Notes under the pieces: model-generated | What the model saw: the letters and a program-made list of their open reading frames with translations, nothing else | What the model was told of the DNA's origin: nothing | Database searches by the model: none | Shown here: positions 41,505 through 51,568 of the stretch, in pieces | Layout: each line of letters begins with the position of its first letter | Numbering within the stretch: the first letter of the stretch is position 1 | Origin: Bacteroidales bacterium | Lineage (GTDB): Bacteria > Bacteroidota > Bacteroidia > Bacteroidales > UBA3824 | DNA length: 64,000 nt | Assembly: GCA_024401025.1 (NCBI GenBank) | Contig: JAKSLV010000003.1 | Span: forward strand, 1,897-65,896 | Reading direction: 5' to 3' | Program-made: the position numbers and the translations under genes

Positions 41505-42407
41505 ATGGCACTTAGCACCAAATACATACTGCTGAACGGCAGCTACCACACAGAGGCCAGCAACCTCTTCAACCTCTACAACAGGGCCCTGAGCCACGGC
41601 GACTGCATCTGCGAGACCATCCACACATGCGCCGACAGGCTGTGCTTCTTCAACGAGCACATGGAGCACCTGCGTCAGGGCATGAAGCTGGCCCAGATGC
41701 AGATCCCCGAAAAATTCAACAACAGAGACGACGAGTTCTACACCGAGGTATCGAAGCTGATGAGCAAAAACAGGGTTTTCAAGAGCGCAAACGTTACAAT
41801 AATGGTGTACCGCGCAGCCAGCCAGCAGCAATACTCGTCCGACAGGATAGAGTATCTGGTGTTCATGAGCCCCGTAAACTATCTGGGATACGAGATCAAC
41901 AGCGACGGCATAAAGGTGGACCTCTACGAGAACGAGCCCAAATACTGCGGCATGTTCGCCAACTACGAGACCCACAACGAAACCCTTACACGAAGCCTGA
42001 TACGCAAGACCTGCATGCTGAGGCACCTAAACGACATGATAATGACCACCAAGGAGGGATATATCTCTGAGGCGGCATCAGGAGGCAACGTTTTCGTAAT
42101 ATGCGGCAACAAGCTAATGACGCCGCCCCTGGCCGACGGATGCATAGGCGACACCATAAGGCTAAGGGTGATGGAGGCCGCGCGCGAGGCGGGATTCGAT
42201 ACCGACTGCCAATCGCACATCACAAAGGCCGACCTGGACAAGTGCAACGAGTTTTTCCTGGCCAGCACGGCCTACGGAATAAGGTGGATATCAGCCTACA
42301 GGACCCACAGGTACATAAAGCAGAAGGTTCAGCTACTGTTTGCAAAAGTAAACGAGAAATACCTGGCCGAGCGCATCGACGACAACGCGCAGGCCAGCCA
42401 GAAATAA
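41505..42407 (+). CDS. Aminotransferase class IV fold protein (PabC/IlvE-like), apparently degenerate
   Basis: NRALSHGDCICET, EHMEHL, ISEAASGGNVF, TPPLADGC, EFFLAST. Confidence 0.7.
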   Translation: MALSTKYILLNGSYHTEASNLFNLYNRALSHGDCICETIHTCADRLCFFNEHMEHLRQGMKLAQMQIPEKFNNRDDEFYTEVSKLMSKNRVFKSANVTIMVYRAASQQQYSSDRIEYLVFMSPVNYLGYEINSDGIKVDLYENEPKYCGMFANYETHNETLTRSLIRKTCMLRHLNDMIMTTKEGYISEAASGGNVFVICGNKLMTPPLADGCIGDTIRLRVMEAAREAGFDTDCQSHITKADLDKCNEFFLASTAYGIRWISAYRTHRYIKQKVQLLFAKVNEKYLAERIDDNAQASQK

Positions 42408-42431
42408 TCTACATAAAAAAATAAAAGACAG

Positions 42432-43181
42432 ATGAATATTTTAGGAATAATACCATCGAGATACGCCTCGACACGTTTTCCCGGCAAGCCACTGGCCATG
42501 ATAGGATCCAAGACCATGATCCACCGAGTATACCTGCAGGCCAGCAAGGCCTTCAGCGATGTGGTGGTGGCCACCGACGACCAGAGAATCTACGACGAGG
42601 TAAAGGGTTTTGGAGGCAACGTGGTGATGACATCGGAGAGCCATCAGAGCGGCACCGACCGCTGCGCCGAGGCCGCCGTAAACTACTGCAAGGAGAGCGG
42701 CAAAACTTTCGACGCGGTGATAAACATCCAGGGCGATGAGCCTTTCGTAAAGCCCGAGCAGCTGATGGACCTCGGAAAACTGTTTGAGGACAAGAACGTG
42801 GAGATAGCCACACTGATAAAGGAAGCATCAGAAGACGAGCTGTTCAACGAGAACGCCGTAAAGGTGATTTTCAACCTGAACAACGAGGCCATATACTTCA
42901 GCCGCAACACCATACCTTTCATGCGCGGCAAGGACAAGGCCGAATGGCTGAAAAACTTCACATACTACCGCCACATAGGTGTGTACGCCTACAGATACGA
43001 TGTATTGCAGAAGATAACACTGCTGCCCCAGAGCAGCCTGGAGCTCTGCGAGAAGCTGGAGCAAAACCGCTGGATAGAAAACGGATACAAGATAAAAATC
43101 TGCAAGACCGATTTCGAGGGCCTGGCAGTGGACACCCCGGCCGACCTCCAGAAGATACTCGACACAATGGAGCTGGATTAA
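42432..43181 (+). CDS. kdsB: 3-deoxy-manno-octulosonate cytidylyltransferase
   Basis: PSRYASTRFPGKPL, SGTDR, QGDEP, EKLEQNR. Confidence 0.96.
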   Translation: MNILGIIPSRYASTRFPGKPLAMIGSKTMIHRVYLQASKAFSDVVVATDDQRIYDEVKGFGGNVVMTSESHQSGTDRCAEAAVNYCKESGKTFDAVINIQGDEPFVKPEQLMDLGKLFEDKNVEIATLIKEASEDELFNENAVKVIFNLNNEAIYFSRNTIPFMRGKDKAEWLKNFTYYRHIGVYAYRYDVLQKITLLPQSSLELCEKLEQNRWIENGYKIKICKTDFEGLAVDTPADLQKILDTMELD

Positions 43182-43185
43182 GGGC

Positions 43186-43278
43186 ATTTTTGATTTTTGA
43201 TTTTTGATTTTTGATTTTTGAGATTCCGCAAATTAATTTTTGTGACAGGGAAAAAATCAAAAATCAAAAATCAAAAAT
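43186..43278. repeat. Inverted heptamer arrays: (ATTTTTG)x5, 30 bp spacer, about 4 CAAAAAT units
   Basis: Direct reading; can fold into a long hairpin after kdsB. Confidence 0.9.
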
Positions 43279-43435
43279 TATTAAATTAATTAATTGGAAG
43301 GCATAATAATTGCATGCTGATATTTTACATAATTACATGAAACAAAAGGCCATCGGGCTACGTATAACAACTTTACAAGAAAAAGGAAAAGTTGAGAAAG
43401 GACAATGTGAAAAATAAAAAAAACTGAAAACCAAA

Positions 43436-43807
43436 ATGAGAAAACTACACAAATATATTATATGCGGGGCCATCGGAATATTGTGCGCGGGAAGCGCCAG
43501 CGCTCAGGAGAAGCAGGCTGTAAATCCTGACTTCCTGATTATCAACCAGAACCCCAACAGGCACGAGGCTGTAATCTATCCAAACCCATCGTCGGGAAAG
43601 GTGGTGAAGATAAAATCGTCGATACTTATAAAAAGCATCGAGATAATGACCATGATAGGAAAATGTGTGCAGCAGCAGCTTAATCCACACATGCTATACG
43701 ACGACATCACCTTGGATCTAAAAAGCTGCAACCCAGGCACTTATTATGCAAAGATAACTTTCGAGGACAATCAGACGGTAATAAAAAAATTAATTCTGAG
43801 AAAATAG
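43436..43807 (+). CDS. Small protein made almost entirely of a T9SS type A C-terminal sorting domain
   Basis: Signal peptide, then IYPNPS...LDLKSCNPGTYYAKI...KKLILRK. Confidence 0.75.
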   Translation: MRKLHKYIICGAIGILCAGSASAQEKQAVNPDFLIINQNPNRHEAVIYPNPSSGKVVKIKSSILIKSIEIMTMIGKCVQQQLNPHMLYDDITLDLKSCNPGTYYAKITFEDNQTVIKKLILRK

Positions 43808-44068
43808 CGCAAAAAAGAATAAAAAAAATTTGATTATTCAACAAAAATGAATAATTTCGCATCGTGAAATTAAAATACACACGCAGAAAATAAATTTTTC
43901 GGGAGATAATCTTTCTCCAGCATATTCAAAATATTCACCAGAATTATATTATCGGATTTAATAAAAAAAGACCGGCATATTGCTATAATAGCATCATTTA
44001 CAATTACGCCCCACATTTTTTATTAAATAAGAGGAATAAATATATTCTAAAAAAATTAAAAAATTTAT

Positions 44069-46204
44069 ATGTACCATACAAACGAGCTTGAACAGAAGCT
44101 GGTGTCGGAATTGCAGGAAATCGCAAATTCTCTGGGCATCAAGAAAACAGAGAAGTTACTTAAACAAGACCTTATCTGGGAAATTATTGAGCAACAGGCG
44201 AAAAATGCAGCCAAGGCTTCCACTAGCGGCGATAGCAACGAGGGCGAGCAGCAGCCCGCACCTCAGCAAGCCCCAAGAAAGAGAGGACGCCCACGCAAGG
44301 CCGACAAATTAATGGAGCAACAGGGACAAGCCCCTCAACAAAACAAGGTTCAGCCCAAGACAGAAAATTCCACACCTGAGGATTTGCCTGCCACAGAGCA
44401 GCCCGACAATCAGCAGCCCGCACAGGAACAGGCTCAGAATCAGCAGCCTCAGAAGCCAAAACGCGAGAGAATCCAGCGCACAAAAGACGACAAGAGATCC
44501 AGAAAAAATAAAAACGCCGATCAGCAGCAGGAGCAGAAGCAGAAGCCTGCCGACGACGACAACAAGGGCGACGAGGCCAAACCCAAGGAAAGAAGACGCA
44601 AGCTGGTGCTTGGCGGCAAAAAATCGGAGCAGACAGCCCCGGCAGAGCAGCCAGCCGAAAACACCGAGATGCCAACCGAAAAGGCCGACATTGCAGCATC
44701 AGACAGCAACACAATAACATACGACCCTCTGGCCAACAACAATTTCCAGCCTCAGCAGACCAACATCCCCAACCAGGACTACATTCCCGGAGAGGGCATG
44801 GAGCAGCAGCCTATGGCCGAAAACCAGGCACCCATGGACCCCGTACAGGAGGGCCAGCAGGAGGACCCCAGAAACAACAGGCCTCCATCTATTTTCGATC
44901 AGGACGGCGTTATCACAAACCAGGGCGTGCTGGAAGTAATGCCCGACGGATACGGCTTCCTCAGAAGCGCCGATTTCAACTATTTTAACTCGCCAGACGA
45001 TATCTATGTATCTGTTACTCAGATAAAGAGATTCAGCCTTAAGACTGGCGACGTGGTGGAGGGAACGATACGCCCACCCAAGGAGTCGGAAAAATATTTC
45101 CCTCTCATCAACATCCTGAAGATAAACGGACACCGCCCCGACTACATACGCGACCGAGTAAATTTCGACTATCTTACACCTCTGTTCCCAGAGGAGAAAT
45201 TCAACCTTACAGGCGGAAAACACGGCAACAACATGAGCTGCCGTATAGTGGACATGTTTGCCCCAATTGGAAAGGGTCAGCGCGGACTTATAGTGGCTCA
45301 GCCAAAAACAGGTAAGACAATATTGCTGAAGGATATCGCCAACTCGATAGTGGACAATCATCCAGAGGTTTACGTGATAATTCTTCTGATAGACGAGCGT
45401 CCCGAGGAGGTTACCGACATGAAACGCTCCGTAAAGGCCGAGGTGATTTCATCCACATTCGACGAGCCTGCCGACAAGCACGTAAAGGTGGCCAACATGG
45501 TATTGGAGAAGGCCAAGAGAATGGTGGAGTGCGGCCACGACGTGGTGATACTCCTGGATTCCATCACAAGACTGGCGCGCGCCTACAACACCGTACAGCC
45601 AGCATCAGGAAAAGTGCTTACCGGAGGTGTGGATGCCAACGCGCTCCACAAGCCCAAGAGATTCTTCGGCGCAGCCCGCAACATCGAGAACGGCGGATCG
45701 CTCACCATCATAGCCACAGCACTCACCGACACCGGATCCAGAATGGATGATGTGATTTTCGAGGAGTTTAAGGGCACCGGCAACATGGAGCTCCAGCTCG
45801 ACAGAAAACTTGCCAACAAGCGCATATTCCCGGCCGTGGACCTCAACCTATCGTCTACACGCCGCGACGACAAGCTCATGGACAAGAACATGCTCAACAT
45901 CATCTGGGAGCTCAGGAAAAAGCAGCTTTCGGAGCGCAACAGCGTGGAGGCCATGCAGTATCTCCAGAAGGAGATGGAGGGCACTCCAAACAACGAGGCT
46001 TTCCTCTACATCCAGCAGAAAGAGCTTGCCGTGGATACCACAACTTATTTCTCGGACCACGCCGAGCCAGCTGAGAAACCTGTAGATGATTTTGCAGAAG
46101 CCTCTCAGGAACGCCGCCGCCGTCAGAGGATTACTTCCGTAAAGGTGGAGATTCCTGAACAAGAGACTCCAAAAACCTACGACGATGACGAAGAGGATTA
46201 CTAA
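44069..46204 (+). CDS. rho: Transcription termination factor Rho with long N-terminal insertion
   Basis: [54 protein letters not shown]. Confidence 0.97.
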   Translation: MYHTNELEQKLVSELQEIANSLGIKKTEKLLKQDLIWEIIEQQAKNAAKASTSGDSNEGEQQPAPQQAPRKRGRPRKADKLMEQQGQAPQQNKVQPKTENSTPEDLPATEQPDNQQPAQEQAQNQQPQKPKRERIQRTKDDKRSRKNKNADQQQEQKQKPADDDNKGDEAKPKERRRKLVLGGKKSEQTAPAEQPAENTEMPTEKADIAASDSNTITYDPLANNNFQPQQTNIPNQDYIPGEGMEQQPMAENQAPMDPVQEGQQEDPRNNRPPSIFDQDGVITNQGVLEVMPDGYGFLRSADFNYFNSPDDIYVSVTQIKRFSLKTGDVVEGTIRPPKESEKYFPLINILKINGHRPDYIRDRVNFDYLTPLFPEEKFNLTGGKHGNNMSCRIVDMFAPIGKGQRGLIVAQPKTGKTILLKDIANSIVDNHPEVYVIILLIDERPEEVTDMKRSVKAEVISSTFDEPADKHVKVANMVLEKAKRMVECGHDVVILLDSITRLARAYNTVQPASGKVLTGGVDANALHKPKRFFGAARNIENGGSLTIIATALTDTGSRMDDVIFEEFKGTGNMELQLDRKLANKRIFPAVDLNLSSTRRDDKLMDKNMLNIIWELRKKQLSERNSVEAMQYLQKEMEGTPNNEAFLYIQQKELAVDTTTYFSDHAEPAEKPVDDFAEASQERRRRQRITSVKVEIPEQETPKTYDDDEEDY

Positions 46205-46213
46205 TAGATAAAC

Positions 46214-46255
46214 AAAAAAGAGTAAGATTCACCGACGAATCTTACTCTTTTTTTT
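46214..46255. terminator. Bidirectional terminator after rho
   Basis: aaaaaagagtaagattc / gaatcttactctttttt. Confidence 0.85.
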
Positions 46256-46256
46256 A

Positions 46257-46913
46257 TTATAAATCCCCGAAATCGTAGGAGAAAATCCTGAGCGGCTCCA
46301 GTCCATCCACCTCCATATCAGACCACTCCTCCACCCTGCCGGGGCTGTCGGCATCGTGGCCCTGATACTTCAGATACTGCATCTGTCCGGTGTTGAAATT
46401 CCTGGAATAGAGCACGGTGGAATCTGTGGATGGCTGATACTTCTCGAAAGAATTGCCAATCTTCATGAAATTGCCGTTCTGCCAGCGGTATATCTCCACC
46501 ACGGTCTGCCGAAGCCCGTCGGCCTGCATGTCGCATTGCAGCCTTATGGTGCCGCGGCTGGTGATCTCGGCCTTGTAGCTGTAGGCGAAATCGTGGCTTA
46601 GCGATTCGTAATAATTATATGCCTTGTAGAGGCTGTACATACCCGATCCGCTGCCCCAGTATACGGCTATGCGCGGAGTGTTGTAGTCATGCCATTGGTC
46701 GTTCTCGTCGAAAAACATCAAGCTGTCGATGTTCGGGAAAGCCATCACAAGCAGGTCGGGAACGCCGTCACGGTTAAGGTCACCGCGGCTCTCCTGCACC
46801 GTCCATCCGTCGGCCACCATTGCCGGGGCCTTGCGTCCGTATTTCTTGAAATCCTGGGCACTGGCAGCGCACGCCAGAATCAACGCAAGCATCAGGGTGA
46901 AAAATCTTCTCAT
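46257..46913 (-). CDS. Secreted hypothetical protein
   Basis: Signal peptide; GDLNRDGVPD FG-GAP-like Ca-binding loop. Confidence 0.6.
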   Translation of the reverse strand: MRRFFTLMLALILACAASAQDFKKYGRKAPAMVADGWTVQESRGDLNRDGVPDLLVMAFPNIDSLMFFDENDQWHDYNTPRIAVYWGSGSGMYSLYKAYNYYESLSHDFAYSYKAEITSRGTIRLQCDMQADGLRQTVVEIYRWQNGNFMKIGNSFEKYQPSTDSTVLYSRNFNTGQMQYLKYQGHDADSPGRVEEWSDMEVDGLEPLRIFSYDFGDL

Positions 46914-46928
46914 ATTGTAATGTGTTTT

Positions 46929-47966
46929 TTATTTGCCGTATTTGCTTTTCAGGTCAGCCAGAAAACGCATGAAATCACCGCCATGGTTTTCGGCACATTC
47001 TTTCCGTAGCTGATACTTCTTGTTGTAATACGTCATGTAGCCGGTAAAGAATGTGTTGTTTATGTTTCTGAGGCGGCCGTCCTTAAGCCTTGCCGGGTCC
47101 ACAACCTTCAGGCTCAGGGTGTCCACATTGTCCACAATCTGCTGTATGAAGGCTTTTTTGGCTTCATCTTTTTCTGATTCCGACAGCTTCAGGAATGGAT
47201 CAGACACATACACAGAATCAAGCTGATGCGCGCCCAGAAGGTAATAATCGGCCAGGCGCTCGTTGTCGGAGATTATGTTTCCGTATTTCTGGAGCTCCTG
47301 AGACTGAGGCCCGTATTTGGATGCCAGATAGCATTTGGCGCCATTCTCGCCCACATAGTCGGCAATGTTCTCGTTGAGGTCGGAATCGTCCTTGATGAAA
47401 ATAGTGGAATGGGTAAGCTCGTGGATTATCAGTTCGGCAAGGAAGGCCTCGTCGCGCATCAGCATACTGCTGAGGACGGGGTCCTTGAACCATCCCATCG
47501 TGCTCCAGCCGGCGGGATTCACTATGCGCGTGTCGTAGCCCTTGGCCACCATGTCGGCCTGCTCGGCCTTGGCATCGTCCTCGCTGAAATAGCCCTTGTA
47601 TGGCAATGCGCCCACCACGGGGAATTTCCAGAGATATTTCTTTACACGGTATTTCTCGGCGGCCTGAAGCACGTATGCCGTAGGCTTGCCCTTGAGGTCG
47701 TAGACGGCATTGTAGTTGGGCGAATCGTGGAGACCAAGGCTGTCGATGGCGTATCTGCGGATTTCCTTTATCAGAAGGAGCTTGGTTTTCAGCGAGTCGG
47801 GATACTGCGGATCGGCCAGCAGATTGTCGATAGGCACTGCCTCGCGCACCATTCTCAACTGCCCCAGCCCCTGCTGAGCGGCATACTTCAGCAGGCTGAA
47901 GTTGATGGCCGCAAGTATCAGGAGCAAGAGCAAAACGCCTAATATTATCTTGTTGCGGAGTTTCAT
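46929..47966 (-). CDS. Putative aminopeptidase (zincin)
   Basis: WKFPVVGALPYKGYF, STMGWFKDP, IIHELTH...NENIAD. Confidence 0.85.
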   Translation of the reverse strand: MKLRNKIILGVLLLLLILAAINFSLLKYAAQQGLGQLRMVREAVPIDNLLADPQYPDSLKTKLLLIKEIRRYAIDSLGLHDSPNYNAVYDLKGKPTAYVLQAAEKYRVKKYLWKFPVVGALPYKGYFSEDDAKAEQADMVAKGYDTRIVNPAGWSTMGWFKDPVLSSMLMRDEAFLAELIIHELTHSTIFIKDDSDLNENIADYVGENGAKCYLASKYGPQSQELQKYGNIISDNERLADYYLLGAHQLDSVYVSDPFLKLSESEKDEAKKAFIQQIVDNVDTLSLKVVDPARLKDGRLRNINNTFFTGYMTYYNKKYQLRKECAENHGGDFMRFLADLKSKYGK

Positions 47967-47996
47967 GGTTTGGGGAAATATGTATTTGTATAAAAT

Positions 47997-48084
47997 CTCA
48001 CGGGCGATACCTATGGTTGCCCGCGCGCATCAATAGCGGTGGCCATCGGCCACTACGTGGGTAACCACAGGCACCGCCCGTGGG
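47997..48084. repeat. GC-rich nested inverted repeat (REP-doublet-like)
   Basis: ctcacgggcgatacctatggttgcccgcg / cgtgggtaaccacaggcaccgcccgtggg arms; inner gtggcc-atc-ggccac hairpin. Confidence 0.7.
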
Positions 48085-48110
48085 AAAAATGCCTTGTATT
48101 CTGTAAGAAT

Positions 48111-49103
48111 CTACGCCTTTGGATTCTGAATATTCAGCTTGTTGACCTCGTCCATGAGTTTCTCCACCATCGATACGTAATCGGCAAACTTGGCAGTCTT
48201 GCGGATTTCGTCGGTGCGCTTGCCAGGACCAAAGTCCACATCCACAATGCGGTACACGCTGCATGGATTGGCGCGGAGGATGTATATCCTGTTGCTGAGG
48301 AACACGGCCTCTGAGATGTCGTGGGTAACGTTGATGATGGTAGGATCGAGCTTGGAGTTGTAGTAAACATCCAGAAGAGCCTTCTGCATATCGCGCTTAG
48401 CGAAGATGTCGAGGGCGCCGGTGGCCTCGTCCAAAAGCAGAATCTGCGATTTGCAAACCAGGTTTCTGGCCAGCGACACTCTCTGAAGCTGACCGCCGGA
48501 GAGTGTAGGATACTGGGCCCATTTCTCGGCCTGATCCTGAAGGCCCACCACGCCAAGAAGCTCCATGGCCCTGCTGTTGGCGGTTTCCTTGTCAACGCCC
48601 TGCATTACGAGGGGCAATGCCACATTCTCCAATACAGTCATCCAAGGGAACGAGCTGTACTGCTGGAACACCATTGGGATATAGTGGTCGTTGCCTATCT
48701 CCTTGCCGTAGAACTTGATAGTGCCGGAATTTGGCTTGCTGAGTCCTGATATCAGCTTCAGGATCTGGCTCTTTCCGGAGCCTGATGCTCCCAGAATAGA
48801 GAAAAACTGTCCCTGACCCGGAAGGTCCTCGATGCGGAGGTTGAAGTTGTCGAACAGCTTGAAAACTCCGGTAGCCGTAGGGAAGCTGAGGCAGATATTC
48901 TCAAGGGAGAAAACATCAGCACCCTGCGAGGCGGATGGCTGAGATGGCTGCACAAAAGAGGCAGCATCAGGAGACTGAACTGGCTGAGCCTCAGGCTTGC
49001 TGACAGGCTCGGCTGGCTGAGAGGCCGGCTGTGTAACCGAGATTTTGGGCTGTGGAGCCGGTTTCTTTTCCTCCTGATTGTTGTTGATCAAATCTTCAAA
49101 CAT
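48111..49103 (-). CDS. ABC transporter ATP-binding protein (NitT/TauT-like)
   Basis: GASGSGKS, LSGGQLQR, LLLDE, VTHD; P/Q-rich N-terminal extension. Confidence 0.92.
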   Translation of the reverse strand: MFEDLINNNQEEKKPAPQPKISVTQPASQPAEPVSKPEAQPVQSPDAASFVQPSQPSASQGADVFSLENICLSFPTATGVFKLFDNFNLRIEDLPGQGQFFSILGASGSGKSQILKLISGLSKPNSGTIKFYGKEIGNDHYIPMVFQQYSSFPWMTVLENVALPLVMQGVDKETANSRAMELLGVVGLQDQAEKWAQYPTLSGGQLQRVSLARNLVCKSQILLLDEATGALDIFAKRDMQKALLDVYYNSKLDPTIINVTHDISEAVFLSNRIYILRANPCSVYRIVDVDFGPGKRTDEIRKTAKFADYVSMVEKLMDEVNKLNIQNPKA

Positions 49104-49106
49104 ATC

Positions 49107-49952
49107 TTAGAACAGTCTTTTACGGTTATACTTAGATGGGAAAATAAGCTTATCCAGATACTTGAGAAGGATGTCCTGGAGGATACCGATTACGATAACG
49201 AGGATAAGCAGGGCGTACACCTCAGGCATCTTGCTCATACGGGTCATCGTCTGTATCAGGGCTCCGATGCCGCTAACGGCGCCGTCCTTGTAGAGCATCT
49301 CCACAATTACGATGTAGCTCCAGCTGATACCTGTAAGGGTGATGATCTCCTGCGAGATGTTTCTGGTGACGTATGGGAAATACACGTAGCGGAACTTCTG
49401 CCACTGAGTGGCGCCCAGGGTCTGGATGGTCTGGAGATATACGAAATCCTTGTCGTTGGTGGGGTTCTGAAGGTCGTTGACCTTGTTGGCCACGGCTGGC
49501 AGAATGTATATCAGCAGCGAGAATGTGAGGAAAGATGTCTTCATGCCGAAAGTAAGGCCGAAAATGGCGATGAATATACCCGACATAGCAGGTATAGGCA
49601 GATAACGGATGGAGTTGATGTACTTTCCAATAATCATGTTGTTGATGGGGTACAGCGAGATAAAGAATCCGAAAGGAAGCGATATCAGGATGGCCCAGAA
49701 GTATGCCAGGAGGTTCAGCTTTATTGAATACCAGGCATTTGGCAAAGCGTCGTACTCAGAGAAGAGGCTTCCGTAGCTGGTGATAACGGCCAGCGGCGAT
49801 GGAAGTATCTTGTCTGGAATAAGACCCAGCGAGCATACAAGCTGCCATAATGCCAGTATCAGGAAAATTCCTGATACTGTTATTATGGAGGAAGTGCTCT
49901 TGCTGAGGTTTGGCTGTCCGCCAATCTTGAACAGTTCTTTTACAGCACTCAT
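49107..49952 (-). CDS. ABC transporter permease (NitT/TauT-like)
   Basis: LPSPLAV, RYLPIPA, TLGATQWQKFRYVYFP loop, WSYIVIVE. Confidence 0.9.
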   Translation of the reverse strand: MSAVKELFKIGGQPNLSKSTSSIITVSGIFLILALWQLVCSLGLIPDKILPSPLAVITSYGSLFSEYDALPNAWYSIKLNLLAYFWAILISLPFGFFISLYPINNMIIGKYINSIRYLPIPAMSGIFIAIFGLTFGMKTSFLTFSLLIYILPAVANKVNDLQNPTNDKDFVYLQTIQTLGATQWQKFRYVYFPYVTRNISQEIITLTGISWSYIVIVEMLYKDGAVSGIGALIQTMTRMSKMPEVYALLILVIVIGILQDILLKYLDKLIFPSKYNRKRLF

Positions 49953-49976
49953 GGTAATAGTATTATAATAAAGTGA

Positions 49977-51530
49977 TTAATCAGCCAAAAGCTGGAAATC
50001 GGTTCTGCGGTACTGAGCGTCGCTGCCAGACGATCCGGCTGCGATGGCCTTCTTGCTGCCGTTGCCCACTACCACGAATCTGTTAGGATCGAAACCGTAC
50101 TCCTTTACGAGGTAGTTCTTGATGGAGAGGGCTCTGCGGTAAGAGAGGTCTTGATTTAGCTGAGCGCTTCCGGTGTTGTCGGTGTTACCCTCGATACGGA
50201 TTCTGGCGCCCGAGAACTCCTTGGCTATGCCCACAAACTCGCGGTCGATGAGGGCCTTGGCGTTGCCGTCGAGAGCGTCGCTGTTGATGGCGTACTCTAC
50301 AGAAACCGACTTTGTGGAAATCTGTTTCATCTCCTGAGACTTCTCGGCAGTAACCTCCACAAACTCCTGAACCTTCTCGGCATCCTGATTACCCTTCACC
50401 TGAGAAGGATTGTCGTAGAGAGCCTCGATGATGGAAGCGTCGTGAACCTTGCGCCAAGCCATAGGGCTCTTGCAGAGCTTAAGGTTCTCGTATGTGCGGG
50501 CCATCTTGTTGTAGAGCTCGTCGCCCTTGATGCCCTGATAGTTGCTGTTGAGACCGAAGAAGTTGGCCTCGTCGCCCAAGGTACAGTAGTAGATATTGTG
50601 GCTGCCGTCGATGGCAAACTGCTCCTCTACGGCGTATGCCTTAGCGAAAGCCTTGGCGGCCTGCTTTACGGCGGCCTCGTCGGTGTTCATCTTGCTGTTG
50701 GCATACAGGAGTGCAGAGATAAGCTTGGTGGCCTTCTCGCGGTTGGCCTCTATCCAAGAGCTCTTTGCTATAAGACCGTCACAGATGATGTTGCTGGCCT
50801 GCTTGGTGCTTACGAGCACCTTGCTGCCGGGCATTGTGGCCACGATGTCCTGATCGTCGGGAGAGAAAACCACAGCGGCGTCGCACTGTCCTGCCTTGAA
50901 TACTGATGCTGCGTCAAGACCCGACTGCACAATCTTGAGGTTTACCTTGTCGCTCATCACTTTGGATGTGGTGTTCACCTCCGAGAAGTCCATATTGTTG
51001 GTTTCCAGAGTGTTCAGGAGCAGAGTCTGAGAGGCTGTACCCTCGCTGCAAGCCACCACCTTGCCTTTGAGATCGGCCACGGTGTTCACGTGCTTGTTTA
51101 CCACAATGGCGTCGGCGCCACGGCTCCAGTTGCTGATGTTCACAAACTTGGCATCAGCCATATCAGAGCCCTCGCCCATCTCCACAGGGAAAGCGTCGGC
51201 TGTACAATATATCATGTCGATATCGCCATTCTTGAAAGCAGAACGTCCGGCTGGGAAGTCGTCCTGAACCACGATCTTAAGCTTCAGACCATACTCATTA
51301 TATATGATACAGTTCTCGTTGGGGTCCACTCCGTTGTTGAGATACATGAATGGAAGGAATCCAGCGTATGTGTTGGTACCAATGGTGATTGTGTTCTTGT
51401 CGGAAGAACCGAAAGAAACAGAAGATGAGCCGCCATCAGTGCCCTTGCCTGCCAGCGACAGACCGCCTACTATGGCTCCCACGCCGACCACCACGCCGGC
51501 GTATTTAACCCAAGGTTTTACTTTTGCCAT
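49977..51530 (-). CDS. ABC substrate-binding protein fused to C-terminal OmpA-like peptidoglycan-binding domain
   Basis: N-terminal hydrophobic anchor; WSRGADAIV, DLKGKVVA SBP motifs; IRIEGNTDNTGS...LSYRRA...RRTDF OmpA_C. Confidence 0.88.
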   Translation of the reverse strand: MAKVKPWVKYAGVVVGVGAIVGGLSLAGKGTDGGSSSVSFGSSDKNTITIGTNTYAGFLPFMYLNNGVDPNENCIIYNEYGLKLKIVVQDDFPAGRSAFKNGDIDMIYCTADAFPVEMGEGSDMADAKFVNISNWSRGADAIVVNKHVNTVADLKGKVVACSEGTASQTLLLNTLETNNMDFSEVNTTSKVMSDKVNLKIVQSGLDAASVFKAGQCDAAVVFSPDDQDIVATMPGSKVLVSTKQASNIICDGLIAKSSWIEANREKATKLISALLYANSKMNTDEAAVKQAAKAFAKAYAVEEQFAIDGSHNIYYCTLGDEANFFGLNSNYQGIKGDELYNKMARTYENLKLCKSPMAWRKVHDASIIEALYDNPSQVKGNQDAEKVQEFVEVTAEKSQEMKQISTKSVSVEYAINSDALDGNAKALIDREFVGIAKEFSGARIRIEGNTDNTGSAQLNQDLSYRRALSIKNYLVKEYGFDPNRFVVVGNGSKKAIAAGSSGSDAQYRRTDFQLLAD

Positions 51531-51568
51531 TTTATTATCGGTTATTAAGTTGTAGTTTTATATTATGA

